Sequence record: DRR378314_795
Direction: 5' to 3' (one strand)
DNA: 33,343 bases
The position numbers and the translations under genes were made by a program. Each line of letters starts with the position of its first letter. Within the stretch, counting starts at the first letter, position 1. The notes under the pieces are model-generated. The model was not told where the DNA came from. It did not search any database and worked only from the letters and a program-made list of their open reading frames with translations. This document shows positions 25,849-33,343 of the stretch, one piece after another.

Positions 25849-26184
25849 TCAGGGGAGGTCGGCGGGAATGCGGGCAATGGCCTTGTACCGCAACTCACCC
25901 AGCGGCCTTGCATCCGCCAGCGTGCCATCGGCGCTGCTGGCATAGAGGCGCAGGAACGTCAGGATATCGGGCAGATCCGCCGATGTGATCTCGCCAAACA
26001 GATAGGCGGTCTTGCCGCTCTGGCGGATCGCCAGGGTCTGCGGGCGGTCGCAGCCCGACATGCAGTCGACCTGCTGCAGCGTCGCGCTCAGCCCCGCCGC
26101 CGCCAGTGCCGCGGAGATCTGCCTTGGCAGCTCCGGGTCGGCATCGCTGCAAATGCGGCAGAGCGTGAGCATCGGCTGCGTCAT
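25849..26184 (-). CDS. DUF1636 family Cys-rich putative metal-binding protein
   Basis: CRIC, VDCMSGCDRP, GKTAYLFG, YASSADG, IARIP; coupled to cobA. Confidence 0.82.
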   Translation of the reverse strand: MTQPMLTLCRICSDADPELPRQISAALAAAGLSATLQQVDCMSGCDRPQTLAIRQSGKTAYLFGEITSADLPDILTFLRLYASSADGTLADARPLGELRYKAIARIPADLP

Positions 26185-26912
26185 GCGGGCGCGTCTTCAT
26201 CCGCCAGCGGACCGTAAAGGATCAGCACCGGCGCGGCGCTGTCGATGCGCTCCAGCAGCTCAGGCAGCGCCTGCACCGTGGTGCGGTGCAGGCGCTGCGC
26301 CGGGGTGGAGACCCCGAGGGCCACCAGCGCCGGGGTGTCCTGCGGCAGGCCTTCGCCCAGCAGCAGCGCCAGCATCGCCGCAAAGGTGCGCTTGCCCATA
26401 TAGACCACGGTGGTGGCCTGCGGGTCGGCGAGGGCAGCCAGGTTCATGTGATCGGGCAGCCCGCCGGTCACGTCATGGCCGGTGATAAACTGCAGCCGCC
26501 GTGCGGTCAGCCGCCGCGTCAGCGGAATGCCCGCCGCCGCAGCTGCGGCCGAGGCGGCGGTGACACCGGGGATGATCTCGTATTTGATGCTGGCGGCGCG
26601 CAGGGCGGCCAGCTCTTCCTCCAGGCGGCCAAAGACACCGGAGTCGCCGGATTTCAGCCGCACCACATGGGCGCCGGCCTGAGCATAATCCACCAGCAGC
26701 CGGCTGACATGGTCCTGTTTCGGCGAGGGGCGCCCGGCGCGTTTGCCGACCCCCACCAGATCCGCATCCGCATGGGCATGGTCCAGGATCGGCCCCGAGG
26801 ACAGATCGTCAAACAGCACCGCATCCGCCGCCTCCAGCCGTTTCACCGCCTTCACCGTCAACAGCTCCGGATCGCCGGGACCGGAGGAGACAAAGCTGAC
26901 AAAGCCACTCAT
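26181..26912 (-). CDS. cobA: Uroporphyrinogen-III C-methyltransferase
   Basis: SGPGDPELLTVKA, VGKRAG, RLKSGDSGVFGR, IPGVTA, ITGH, VVYMG. Confidence 0.93.
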   Translation of the reverse strand: MSGFVSFVSSGPGDPELLTVKAVKRLEAADAVLFDDLSSGPILDHAHADADLVGVGKRAGRPSPKQDHVSRLLVDYAQAGAHVVRLKSGDSGVFGRLEEELAALRAASIKYEIIPGVTAASAAAAAAGIPLTRRLTARRLQFITGHDVTGGLPDHMNLAALADPQATTVVYMGKRTFAAMLALLLGEGLPQDTPALVALGVSTPAQRLHRTTVQALPELLERIDSAAPVLILYGPLADEDAPA

Positions 26913-28237
26913 GCGCGCGTCCCTTCCTGCTCTGCGGTGATCAGATGGAAGAAGGTGCCGGTGACGTTGCCCTTGATCGAGCCGGTTTCCGGCACCGGGT
27001 TGCCATCCGCATCCATCACCCGGGCCAGCGGCGCGTCGGGTTCATCCAGAATGGTGGAATAATGGAACTCATGCCCGCGCAGGAAATCCCCTGCGTCAAA
27101 GCCCGGCATGCCCGCCTGCAGCTCCGCCCGCCGATAGCCGAGGTGGAACTTGCGTTTCTCATAGGACGTCACCAGCCCCAGGAGTCCGGCCATCTGGTGC
27201 CGCACGCCCGCCTTGTCGATCAGCGCCGCGCCAAGCGCCATGTAGCCGCCGCATTCACCATGCACCGGCTTGGTCTGCGCATGTTTCTGCAGGCCTGCGC
27301 GCCATGTCTCCGCCGCCGCCAGCGCCGCGCCGTGCAATTCTGGATAGCCACCGGGCAGCCAGACCAGATCGGCGTCCGGGGCGGGGGGCTCGTTGTTGAG
27401 GGGGGAAAACGGCAAGATTTCCGCTCCGGCGGCGCGCCAGCCCTCCAGCAGGTGCGGATAGGTGAAGGAAAACGCCGCATCCCGCGCCAGTGCGATCCGC
27501 TGTGCTGGCGGTTTTGGCAAGGCCCGCGGAGCAGGGGCCGCAGCTGTGCTGGCCACCGCGCGGATTGCGTCAAGGTCGACGTTGTCGCGCAGGAAGGCCG
27601 CATAGCCCGCAATCGCGGCCTCAAGATCCGGATGCTCCACCGCCTGAATGAGGCCAAGGTGGCGTTCGGGCAGCGTAAGATCGCCGCGCCGGGGCAGGGA
27701 GCCCAGAACCTTGACGCCCGCCCGCTCCATCCCCAGCCGGGTCAGCCGCTCATGTCGGGGGCTGGCCACCCGGTTCAGGATCACGCCCGCAAAGGGCAGA
27801 TCGGGGTTGTACATCCTGAAGCCAAGCGCGGTGGCGGCAGCAGATTGCGCCTGCCCGCCCACGTCGATCACCAGCACCACCGGCCAGCCCATGCGCAGCG
27901 CGGTCTCGGCCGAGGAGCCAAAGCCCGATTGCCCGCGGGTGGCAACGCCATCGAACAGCCCCATGGAGCCTTCGCCGATGCAGATATCCGCGCCGGTGGC
28001 CTGGGTGGTCACCGCATCGAGCAAGCCGCCGTCCATCGCCCAGGTATCAAGGTTGAAGGACGCGCGCCCGGCGGCGGCAAGGTGAAAGGCGGGGTCGATG
28101 TAATCCGGTCCGCTCTTGAAGGGCTGCACCGTGAGGCCGTCCTCGGCCAGCGCGCGCAACAGGCCCAGCATCACCGTGGTCTTGCCGGTGCCGGAAGAGG
28201 GGGCCGAGATCATCAGGCCTTTGGGGAAATTGGTCAT
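26909..28237 (-). CDS. cobB: Hydrogenobyrinate/cobyrinate a,c-diamide synthase
   Basis: SGTGKTT, KSGPDYIDP, EGSMGLFDG, ERHLGL, PGGYPELH, GECGGY, GHEFHYS. Confidence 0.95.
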   Translation of the reverse strand: MTNFPKGLMISAPSSGTGKTTVMLGLLRALAEDGLTVQPFKSGPDYIDPAFHLAAAGRASFNLDTWAMDGGLLDAVTTQATGADICIGEGSMGLFDGVATRGQSGFGSSAETALRMGWPVVLVIDVGGQAQSAAATALGFRMYNPDLPFAGVILNRVASPRHERLTRLGMERAGVKVLGSLPRRGDLTLPERHLGLIQAVEHPDLEAAIAGYAAFLRDNVDLDAIRAVASTAAAPAPRALPKPPAQRIALARDAAFSFTYPHLLEGWRAAGAEILPFSPLNNEPPAPDADLVWLPGGYPELHGAALAAAETWRAGLQKHAQTKPVHGECGGYMALGAALIDKAGVRHQMAGLLGLVTSYEKRKFHLGYRRAELQAGMPGFDAGDFLRGHEFHYSTILDEPDAPLARVMDADGNPVPETGSIKGNVTGTFFHLITAEQEGTRA

Positions 28238-28264
28238 CGGGCTACCTCATTTGCAGAGAACTCT

Positions 28265-28345
28265 TGTCCGGTCCATGGACCGGACAGCGCCCGACCCTCC
28301 CCCTGGGAGGGCGCTTGCGCACCCACCCAGGTTCGGGCGCTGTCC
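28265..28345. repeat. Nested palindromic element between cobM and cobB
   Basis: Perfect 22-bp palindrome 28265-28286; 13-bp IR ggacagcgcccga (28282-28294) / tcgggcgctgtcc (28333-28345) enclosing ccctccc-cct-gggaggg. Confidence 0.7.
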
Positions 28346-28366
28346 TCGGTGTGATAGATCAAGCGA

Positions 28367-29161
28367 TCACTCATCCGCTTCGCTCCACTCGGACCACGGG
28401 CTGTCGGCACTCTGTGGGCGGTAGCGGCGGTCATAGTCCGCACCATAAAGGCAGCTTTCGGCAAAATCCTCGGCGCCCAGGGCAGGCCCCACCAGGATCA
28501 GCGCAGTACGCCCGCGCGCGCCTTCGGTGGCCTCAATGACTGAACCCAGCGTCGCCTTGATGATCTTCTGATCCGGCCAGGTCGCCCGCCAGACGATCGC
28601 CACCGGACAGTCGGATCCATAGGCAGGCGAAAGCCGTGCGACCACGTCATCCAGCACATGCACGGACAGGTGAATGGCCAATGTGGCACCGGTCGCGGCA
28701 AAATTCTCCAACGTCTCGCCCTCGGGCATGGCAGAGGCCCGCCCGGATGTGCGCGTCAGTACCAGCGATTGCGCCACGCCGGGCAGGGTCAGCTCGGTGC
28801 CCAGAGCGGCGGCTGCGGCGGCAAAGGCGGGCACGCCGGGGGTGATGTCATGCGGGATGCCCAGATCGCGCAGGCGGCGCAACTGCTCCCCCATTGCCGA
28901 CCAGACCGACAGATCGCCGGAATGCAGCCGTGCCACGTCTTGACTTGCCGCATGGGCGGTGGCGATTTCTGCCATGATCTCGTCCAGCGACAGCGGCGCG
29001 GTGTTGATGATCTTTGCGCCGTCTGGGCAATGTTGCAGCAGCGCCTCGGGCACCAGAGAGCCCGCATAAAGGCACACCGGGCAGGCAGCGATCAGGTCGC
29101 GCCCGCGCAGGGTAATCAGGTCCGCCGCGCCGGGTCCGGCGCCAATGAAGTGTACGGTCAT
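28367..29161 (-). CDS. cobM: Precorrin-4 C11-methyltransferase
   Basis: [50 protein letters not shown]. Confidence 0.95.
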   Translation of the reverse strand: MTVHFIGAGPGAADLITLRGRDLIAACPVCLYAGSLVPEALLQHCPDGAKIINTAPLSLDEIMAEIATAHAASQDVARLHSGDLSVWSAMGEQLRRLRDLGIPHDITPGVPAFAAAAAALGTELTLPGVAQSLVLTRTSGRASAMPEGETLENFAATGATLAIHLSVHVLDDVVARLSPAYGSDCPVAIVWRATWPDQKIIKATLGSVIEATEGARGRTALILVGPALGAEDFAESCLYGADYDRRYRPQSADSPWSEWSEADE

Positions 29162-29520
29162 CTTTCAGTCGTCTCCGCAAGGGCCACGGTGGCAAGCCCG
29201 TCCGTGGTCACATATCTCGTCTGGATCAGCCGTGCGCCTGGGCCTGCCGCGACAAGCGCTGCGGCCTCGGCCACCGATCCGGTGTGGAACCGCGCGGCGA
29301 TGCGCGGTGAATGGGTTGGGGTCTCAATACCCGAAATCTCGGCTTCGTCGAGGGGCATCACCGGCAGCCCTTGTGCCGTTGCAAAGCTCCGAAACAGCGC
29401 GGTATCGGCCTTGGCGCGCAGGGTGGCGAGCTGGTCGGGGCGCCGGGACAGGGCGGCGAGCGCCTCGACAAGGCTCGACGTGGTGGCCCGATCCGCAAAG
29501 CCAAAACCGGCGACGATCAT
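29158..29520 (-). CDS. cobE: Cobalamin biosynthesis protein CobE (CbiG C-terminal domain)
   Basis: [27 protein letters not shown]; 120 aa; ATGA-coupled to cobL and cobM. Confidence 0.85.
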   Translation of the reverse strand: MIVAGFGFADRATTSSLVEALAALSRRPDQLATLRAKADTALFRSFATAQGLPVMPLDEAEISGIETPTHSPRIAARFHTGSVAEAAALVAAGPGARLIQTRYVTTDGLATVALAETTER

Positions 29521-30725
29521 CGGGTGACGCTCCATTGGATCACCGGACGCGCCCGCTCCCAGCCGCGCATGCTCCCGAGCGGGGCCGCTTCGGCGATCTC
29601 GACCTTCAGCAGATGCCCGCCCCAGTGCACCTGCGCCTGCATCAGCAGGCTCTCGGTTTCCAGCGTCACGCCATTGGCGACGATACGGGTGCCCTGCGGC
29701 AAGATCTGCCAGAGGTGGTCCAACAACGCCTGCGTGCCGCCGCCGCCGATGAACACGCAGTCGGGCAGCGGCTGGTCCGTCAGCACCTCCGGCGCGCGGC
29801 CCTCGATCGCGGTAAGGCGATGCGCGAGGCCGAAACCCTCGGCGTTGCGGCGGATGTTGACCAATCGGTCGGCGCGCGCCTCGAATGTGGTTGCGGACGC
29901 GCCGCGTGCGGCAAGGCACCATTCTACTGAGATCGACCCCGTCCCGCCGCCAATGTCCCACAGATGCTCATCCGCGCGTGGTGCGAGGGCTGAAAGGGTG
30001 AGGGCGCGAATGGGCCGCTTGGTGATCTGACCGTCGCTGGCAAATAGATCGTCCGGCAGCCCTGCGGCTTGCGGCAGGCCCTGGCCCATAGCCTCGATTG
30101 CGGCCACAACCGGCGCGTCCACATCCCCGAGGTCAAACGCCCCGGCGGTGGTCTCGCGGCGCCACTCCTTGGGCCCGCCGAGGCGTTCCAAAACGGTCAG
30201 GCGACTGTCGGCAAAGCCGATGTCGCAGAGGTACCCCGCCAGCTCTGCCGCCGCCGCGCCATCACGCAGGGTACACAAGATCCGGGTGCCGCGCGCAAGG
30301 ATTGGTCGCAGACGCGCAAAGGGCGCGGCATGCAGGCCGAGGCAAAGCGTCTCTTCCAGCCGCCACCCCAGCGCATTTGCGGCCAGCGCAAAGCAGGAGG
30401 GCGCGGGGTGTGAGGTCCACTCATCGCGGCTCAGATCCCGCAGGAGGCTGCCGCCGGCGCCATGCCAGAACGGATCACCGGAGGCCAGCACCACCGTGGC
30501 GCGCCCCCGCGCTGCCAGCACCGGCGCGGTGGAGAAGGGCACCGGCCAGCACTGACCACGCGCGCCTGCGTCGACCAGGTCCAGATGGCGGGGACCACCG
30601 ATGATGATTTCTGCCGCGGCAAGTGCGGAGCGGCTTGCATCCGTCAGCCCATCAAGGCCATTTTCGCCCAGCCCGATCAGGGTCAGCCACGGGCGCGCCG
30701 CGCCGTTTGTCAAAGGATCAGACAT
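29517..30725 (-). CDS. cobL: Precorrin-6B C5,15-methyltransferase (CbiE/CbiT bifunctional)
   Basis: PWLTLIGLGE, LASGDPFWHG, DGQITKRPIR, WDIGGGTGSISVEW, FIGGG; AGGAG 7 nt upstream of ATG 30725. Confidence 0.93.
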   Translation of the reverse strand: MSDPLTNGAARPWLTLIGLGENGLDGLTDASRSALAAAEIIIGGPRHLDLVDAGARGQCWPVPFSTAPVLAARGRATVVLASGDPFWHGAGGSLLRDLSRDEWTSHPAPSCFALAANALGWRLEETLCLGLHAAPFARLRPILARGTRILCTLRDGAAAAELAGYLCDIGFADSRLTVLERLGGPKEWRRETTAGAFDLGDVDAPVVAAIEAMGQGLPQAAGLPDDLFASDGQITKRPIRALTLSALAPRADEHLWDIGGGTGSISVEWCLAARGASATTFEARADRLVNIRRNAEGFGLAHRLTAIEGRAPEVLTDQPLPDCVFIGGGGTQALLDHLWQILPQGTRIVANGVTLETESLLMQAQVHWGGHLLKVEIAEAAPLGSMRGWERARPVIQWSVTR

Positions 30726-31473
30726 GACCAAACTCCTGCTTCTGGGCGGCACCACCGAGGCCTCGCAACTGGCGGCACATTTGGCGCAAGCGTGGACGGG
30801 AGCCGGGCGTCAGGCGGTGTTCTCCTACGCGGGCCGCACCGCGCGCCCGGCGTCGCAGCCGTTGCCCTGCCGGGTGGGCGGGTTTGGCGGCGCGGCCGGG
30901 CTGGCGGAGTATCTGCGCGCCGAAGCCATCACCCATGTGGTGGATGCAACGCATCCCTTCGCCGCGCAGATGAGCACCAACGCGGTGCAGGCCTGCGCCG
31001 AGGTTGGGGTGGATCTGGTGGCGTTGGAGCGCCCCGCCTGGGTCGCGGAGGCCGGCGACAGTTGGCGCCATGTGCCCGATATAGAGGGCGCGGTGGCAGC
31101 GCTGCCGCAGGCGGGCGCGCGGGTGTTCCTTGCCATCGGCAAGCAGCATGTGGCGGAGTTTGCGGCGAAACCGCAGAACCACTACCTGCTGCGGCTGGTC
31201 GACCGGCCTGACGCACCGCTGGCCCTGCCCGATGCCACCGTGGTTGTGGCCCGTGGGCCGTTTGAGGCCGCAGACGACAAAACGCTGATGCAAACCCACG
31301 CCATCACCCATGTGGTCGCCAAGAACGCCGGTGGTGCCGGGGCGGAGGCGAAGCTGATCGCCGCCCGCGCGCTTGGCCTGCCGGTGGTCATGATCGACCG
31401 GCCCAAGACCCCGGAAAGGCAGGTGCTGGGATCGGTTGCAGAGGTGAGGCGCTGGCTGGACCACGGGGCTTAG
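30724..31473 (+). CDS. cobK: Precorrin-6A reductase
   Basis: LLLLGGTTEA, SYAGRT, RVGGFGG, VDATHPFAAQMS, ARGPF, VAKNAGG, AKLIAAR. Confidence 0.93.
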   Translation: MTKLLLLGGTTEASQLAAHLAQAWTGAGRQAVFSYAGRTARPASQPLPCRVGGFGGAAGLAEYLRAEAITHVVDATHPFAAQMSTNAVQACAEVGVDLVALERPAWVAEAGDSWRHVPDIEGAVAALPQAGARVFLAIGKQHVAEFAAKPQNHYLLRLVDRPDAPLALPDATVVVARGPFEAADDKTLMQTHAITHVVAKNAGGAGAEAKLIAARALGLPVVMIDRPKTPERQVLGSVAEVRRWLDHGA

Positions 31474-32246
31474 GTGTCCTTGCTGTCGGGCTGGTGACCG
31501 GGCGCAAACCGTGGCGTGTAGACATACGGCCCGACCCGCCGGGTCTCGCGATTGCCGACGATCACCACGGTGCGCATGTCGGCCATTTCAGGCGTGGCCT
31601 CGCGCAGCGGCATGGTCAGCAGCTCCTGACCGGGCTTGGTCACGTCGCGGGCAAAGGTGATGAGGGTCTCCTCGCCGCAGGCCGCGCGCAGCACCTCCAG
31701 TGCGCGCGAGAACTGATGTGGGCGCGATTTGGAGCGCGGGTTGTAGAAGGCCATCGCCAGACCGGCCTCGCCCACCAGCTGCAGGCGGCGTTCGATCAGC
31801 GCCCAGGGCTTGAGATTGTCGCTGAGGTTGATGGCGGCAAAGTCATGCCCCAGCGGCGCACCGATGGCGGCAGCTGCGGCGAGCATGGCGGTGATGCCGG
31901 GCAGCACGCGGATCTCCAGCGTGCGCCAGGCCTCGGGACCCGCGTCCAGCGCCTCGAACACCGCCGAGGCCATGGCAAAGACGCCCGGATCGCCGGAAGA
32001 CACCACCACCACACGACGGCCCGCAGCGGCCATTTCCAGCGCATGAGAGGCGCGGTCCACCTCGACGCGATTGTCGCTGGCATGCAGGGTCAGGCCGTCG
32101 CGCGGTGTGATGCGCTGCACATAGGGGATATAGCCCACCACATCTGTGGCCTCGGCCAGCGCGTCATGCACCTCGGGGATCACCATGCTCTCTGAGCCGG
32201 GACCGAGACCCGCGATCACCACCCAGCCTTTTTGAGTGTCCGTCAT
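31470..32246 (-). CDS. cobJ: Precorrin-3B C17-methyltransferase
   Basis: GLGPG, VSSGDPGVFAMA, GAPLGHDF, NLSDNLKPW, FYNPRS, ADMRT, YTPR. Confidence 0.95.
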   Translation of the reverse strand: MTDTQKGWVVIAGLGPGSESMVIPEVHDALAEATDVVGYIPYVQRITPRDGLTLHASDNRVEVDRASHALEMAAAGRRVVVVSSGDPGVFAMASAVFEALDAGPEAWRTLEIRVLPGITAMLAAAAAIGAPLGHDFAAINLSDNLKPWALIERRLQLVGEAGLAMAFYNPRSKSRPHQFSRALEVLRAACGEETLITFARDVTKPGQELLTMPLREATPEMADMRTVVIVGNRETRRVGPYVYTPRFAPGHQPDSKDT

Positions 32247-32974
32247 GGCCGCCGTCCTTGCCCGTGCAGCAGCACGATGGAGAAATAGGGCACCTCGCCG
32301 GTCACATCCGTCAGCTTCTGCACGGTCTGGGTCGGCATGGTGCCGCGCTCGACAAGCCAGGCGTCCTCTAGCCGCCCGGCGGCCTCCAATGCGCGGCGCA
32401 GCTTTGACAGGTTGCGGCCGATCTTCATCACCACCAGCGCATCCGTTTCGGTGATGCGTCGGGTCAGCTCGTCCTCCGACAGGGTTGCCATCGCCACGGT
32501 CAGCACGTCATCGCCCCAGGTGATCGGCTGGCCGGTGGCGGTCCAGCAGCCCGACATGCCGGTGATGCCGGGGATGATCTCCACCGGCGCGCGGCCCTCA
32601 AGCCGGGTGTGCAGATGCATGAAGGAGCCATAGAGGAAGGGATCGCCCTCGCAGAGCACCACCACGGTGTCCGTCGCCGCGATCTCGGCCAATGTGTCGG
32701 CCCATTGGTCATAAAACGCGGCCAGCTGGCGGTTGTACTCGGGGTCGGAAAAATGGATCTCCGTGGTGACGGGATATTCCATCGGATATTCTGTGACACC
32801 CGCGGGCAGGATGCCCTCGACGATGGCGCGGGCCTGTCCGGCGCGCCCGGCCTTGCGGAAATAGGCCACGTGGGAGGCGGCTTGCAGCGCGCGCCAGCTC
32901 TTGACGCTCATCAGTTCGGGGTCGCCGGGGCCGAGGCCTGCGCAGATGACTTTGCCTGTTGCGGGGGTGTTCAT
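32243..32974 (-). CDS. cobI: Precorrin-2 C20-methyltransferase
   Basis: GLGPGDPELM, YPVTTE, LCEGDPFLYGSFMH, VMKIGRN, PYFS. ATG 32974 is better spaced from AAGGA than ATG 32980. Confidence 0.93.
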   Translation of the reverse strand: MNTPATGKVICAGLGPGDPELMSVKSWRALQAASHVAYFRKAGRAGQARAIVEGILPAGVTEYPMEYPVTTEIHFSDPEYNRQLAAFYDQWADTLAEIAATDTVVVLCEGDPFLYGSFMHLHTRLEGRAPVEIIPGITGMSGCWTATGQPITWGDDVLTVAMATLSEDELTRRITETDALVVMKIGRNLSKLRRALEAAGRLEDAWLVERGTMPTQTVQKLTDVTGEVPYFSIVLLHGQGRRP

Positions 32975-32990
32975 GGTCATTCCTTGCCCG

Positions 32991-33343
32991 TCATTCTTTC
33001 CAGGACGCCAGCGCGTTCACCGCCGCGACGGTGATCGCGGAGCCACCGAGACGTCCCTGCACGATCATCGACGGTACCGGCAGATCCTGCATCAGGGCCT
33101 CTTTCGATTCCCGCGCGCCGACAAAGCCCACCGGGCAGCCGATGATTGCGGCAGGGCGCGGGCAGGCGGGGTCCTTCAGCATGTTCAGCAGATGAAACAG
33201 CGCGGTCGGGGCGTTGCCGATGGCGACTACGGCGCCGTCGAGCATGGGGCGCCAGAGTTCAAGCGCTGCTGCCGAGCGGGTGTTGGCCATCTCGCGGGCC
33301 ATCTCCGGCACCTGCGGGTCGCGCAGGGTGCAGATCACCTCGT
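32991..33343 (-). CDS. cobH: Precorrin-8X methylmutase; 5'-truncated by window edge
   Basis: TRSAAA, AIGNAPTALF, PVGFVGARESK, GRLGGSA, AAVNALA. Confidence 0.95.
   Translation of the reverse strand, partial: EVICTLRDPQVPEMAREMANTRSAAALELWRPMLDGAVVAIGNAPTALFHLLNMLKDPACPRPAAIIGCPVGFVGARESKEALMQDLPVPSMIVQGRLGGSAITVAAVNALASWKE

Noticed and set aside
26945-28354. Long antisense ORFs (26945-28354 +, 17597-18589 -, 11822-12862 +, 4460-5638 -, 2696-3745 - and others)
   Set aside because: Shadow frames of well-supported genes in high-GC DNA; no family motifs.
29521-29961. Full-length CbiG suggested by the 267-aa ORF 29158-29961
   Set aside because: The extension overlaps cobL in another frame; only the 120-aa CobE-like part from ATG 29520 is supported.
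32991-33343. Absence of cobG, cobN and other cob genes as a pathway gap
   Set aside because: The cluster is cut by the window edge; the missing genes may lie outside.

Overview
GC-rich alphaproteobacterial DNA; gene content and intergenic palindromes suggest the Roseobacter/Rhodobacteraceae group (inference). Left to right: (1) the 3' part of an aromatic-acid catabolic operon (probable 2-aminobenzoate-CoA ligase, LIV-type ABC transporter, thioesterase, RidA); (2) a quinone oxidoreductase divergent from a membrane PAS-GGDEF-EAL gene; (3) a polar amino acid ABC transporter ending in a dimethylargininase-like gene; (4) an orphan ORF and a CheB-CheR-coiled-coil-PAS fusion with no kinase domain; (5) kynA-kynU; (6) a four-gene, fully ATGA-coupled operon encoding a 59-aa ribbon-helix-helix protein (missing from the ORF track), a CHAD protein, a ParA-family ATPase and a CYTH protein; (7) an aerobic cobalamin cluster (cobF, His-rich protein, cbtA, cbtB, cobalamin riboswitch, DUF1636, cobA, cobB, cobM, cobE, cobL, antisense cobK, cobJ, cobI, partial cobH). 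The best candidate for an undescribed system is the RHH-CHAD-ParA-CYTH operon, which resembles a type Ib partition module rewired to polyphosphate-handling proteins. No rRNA, tRNA, CRISPR array, transposase or integrase was seen. All family calls come from manual motif recognition; no searches were run.
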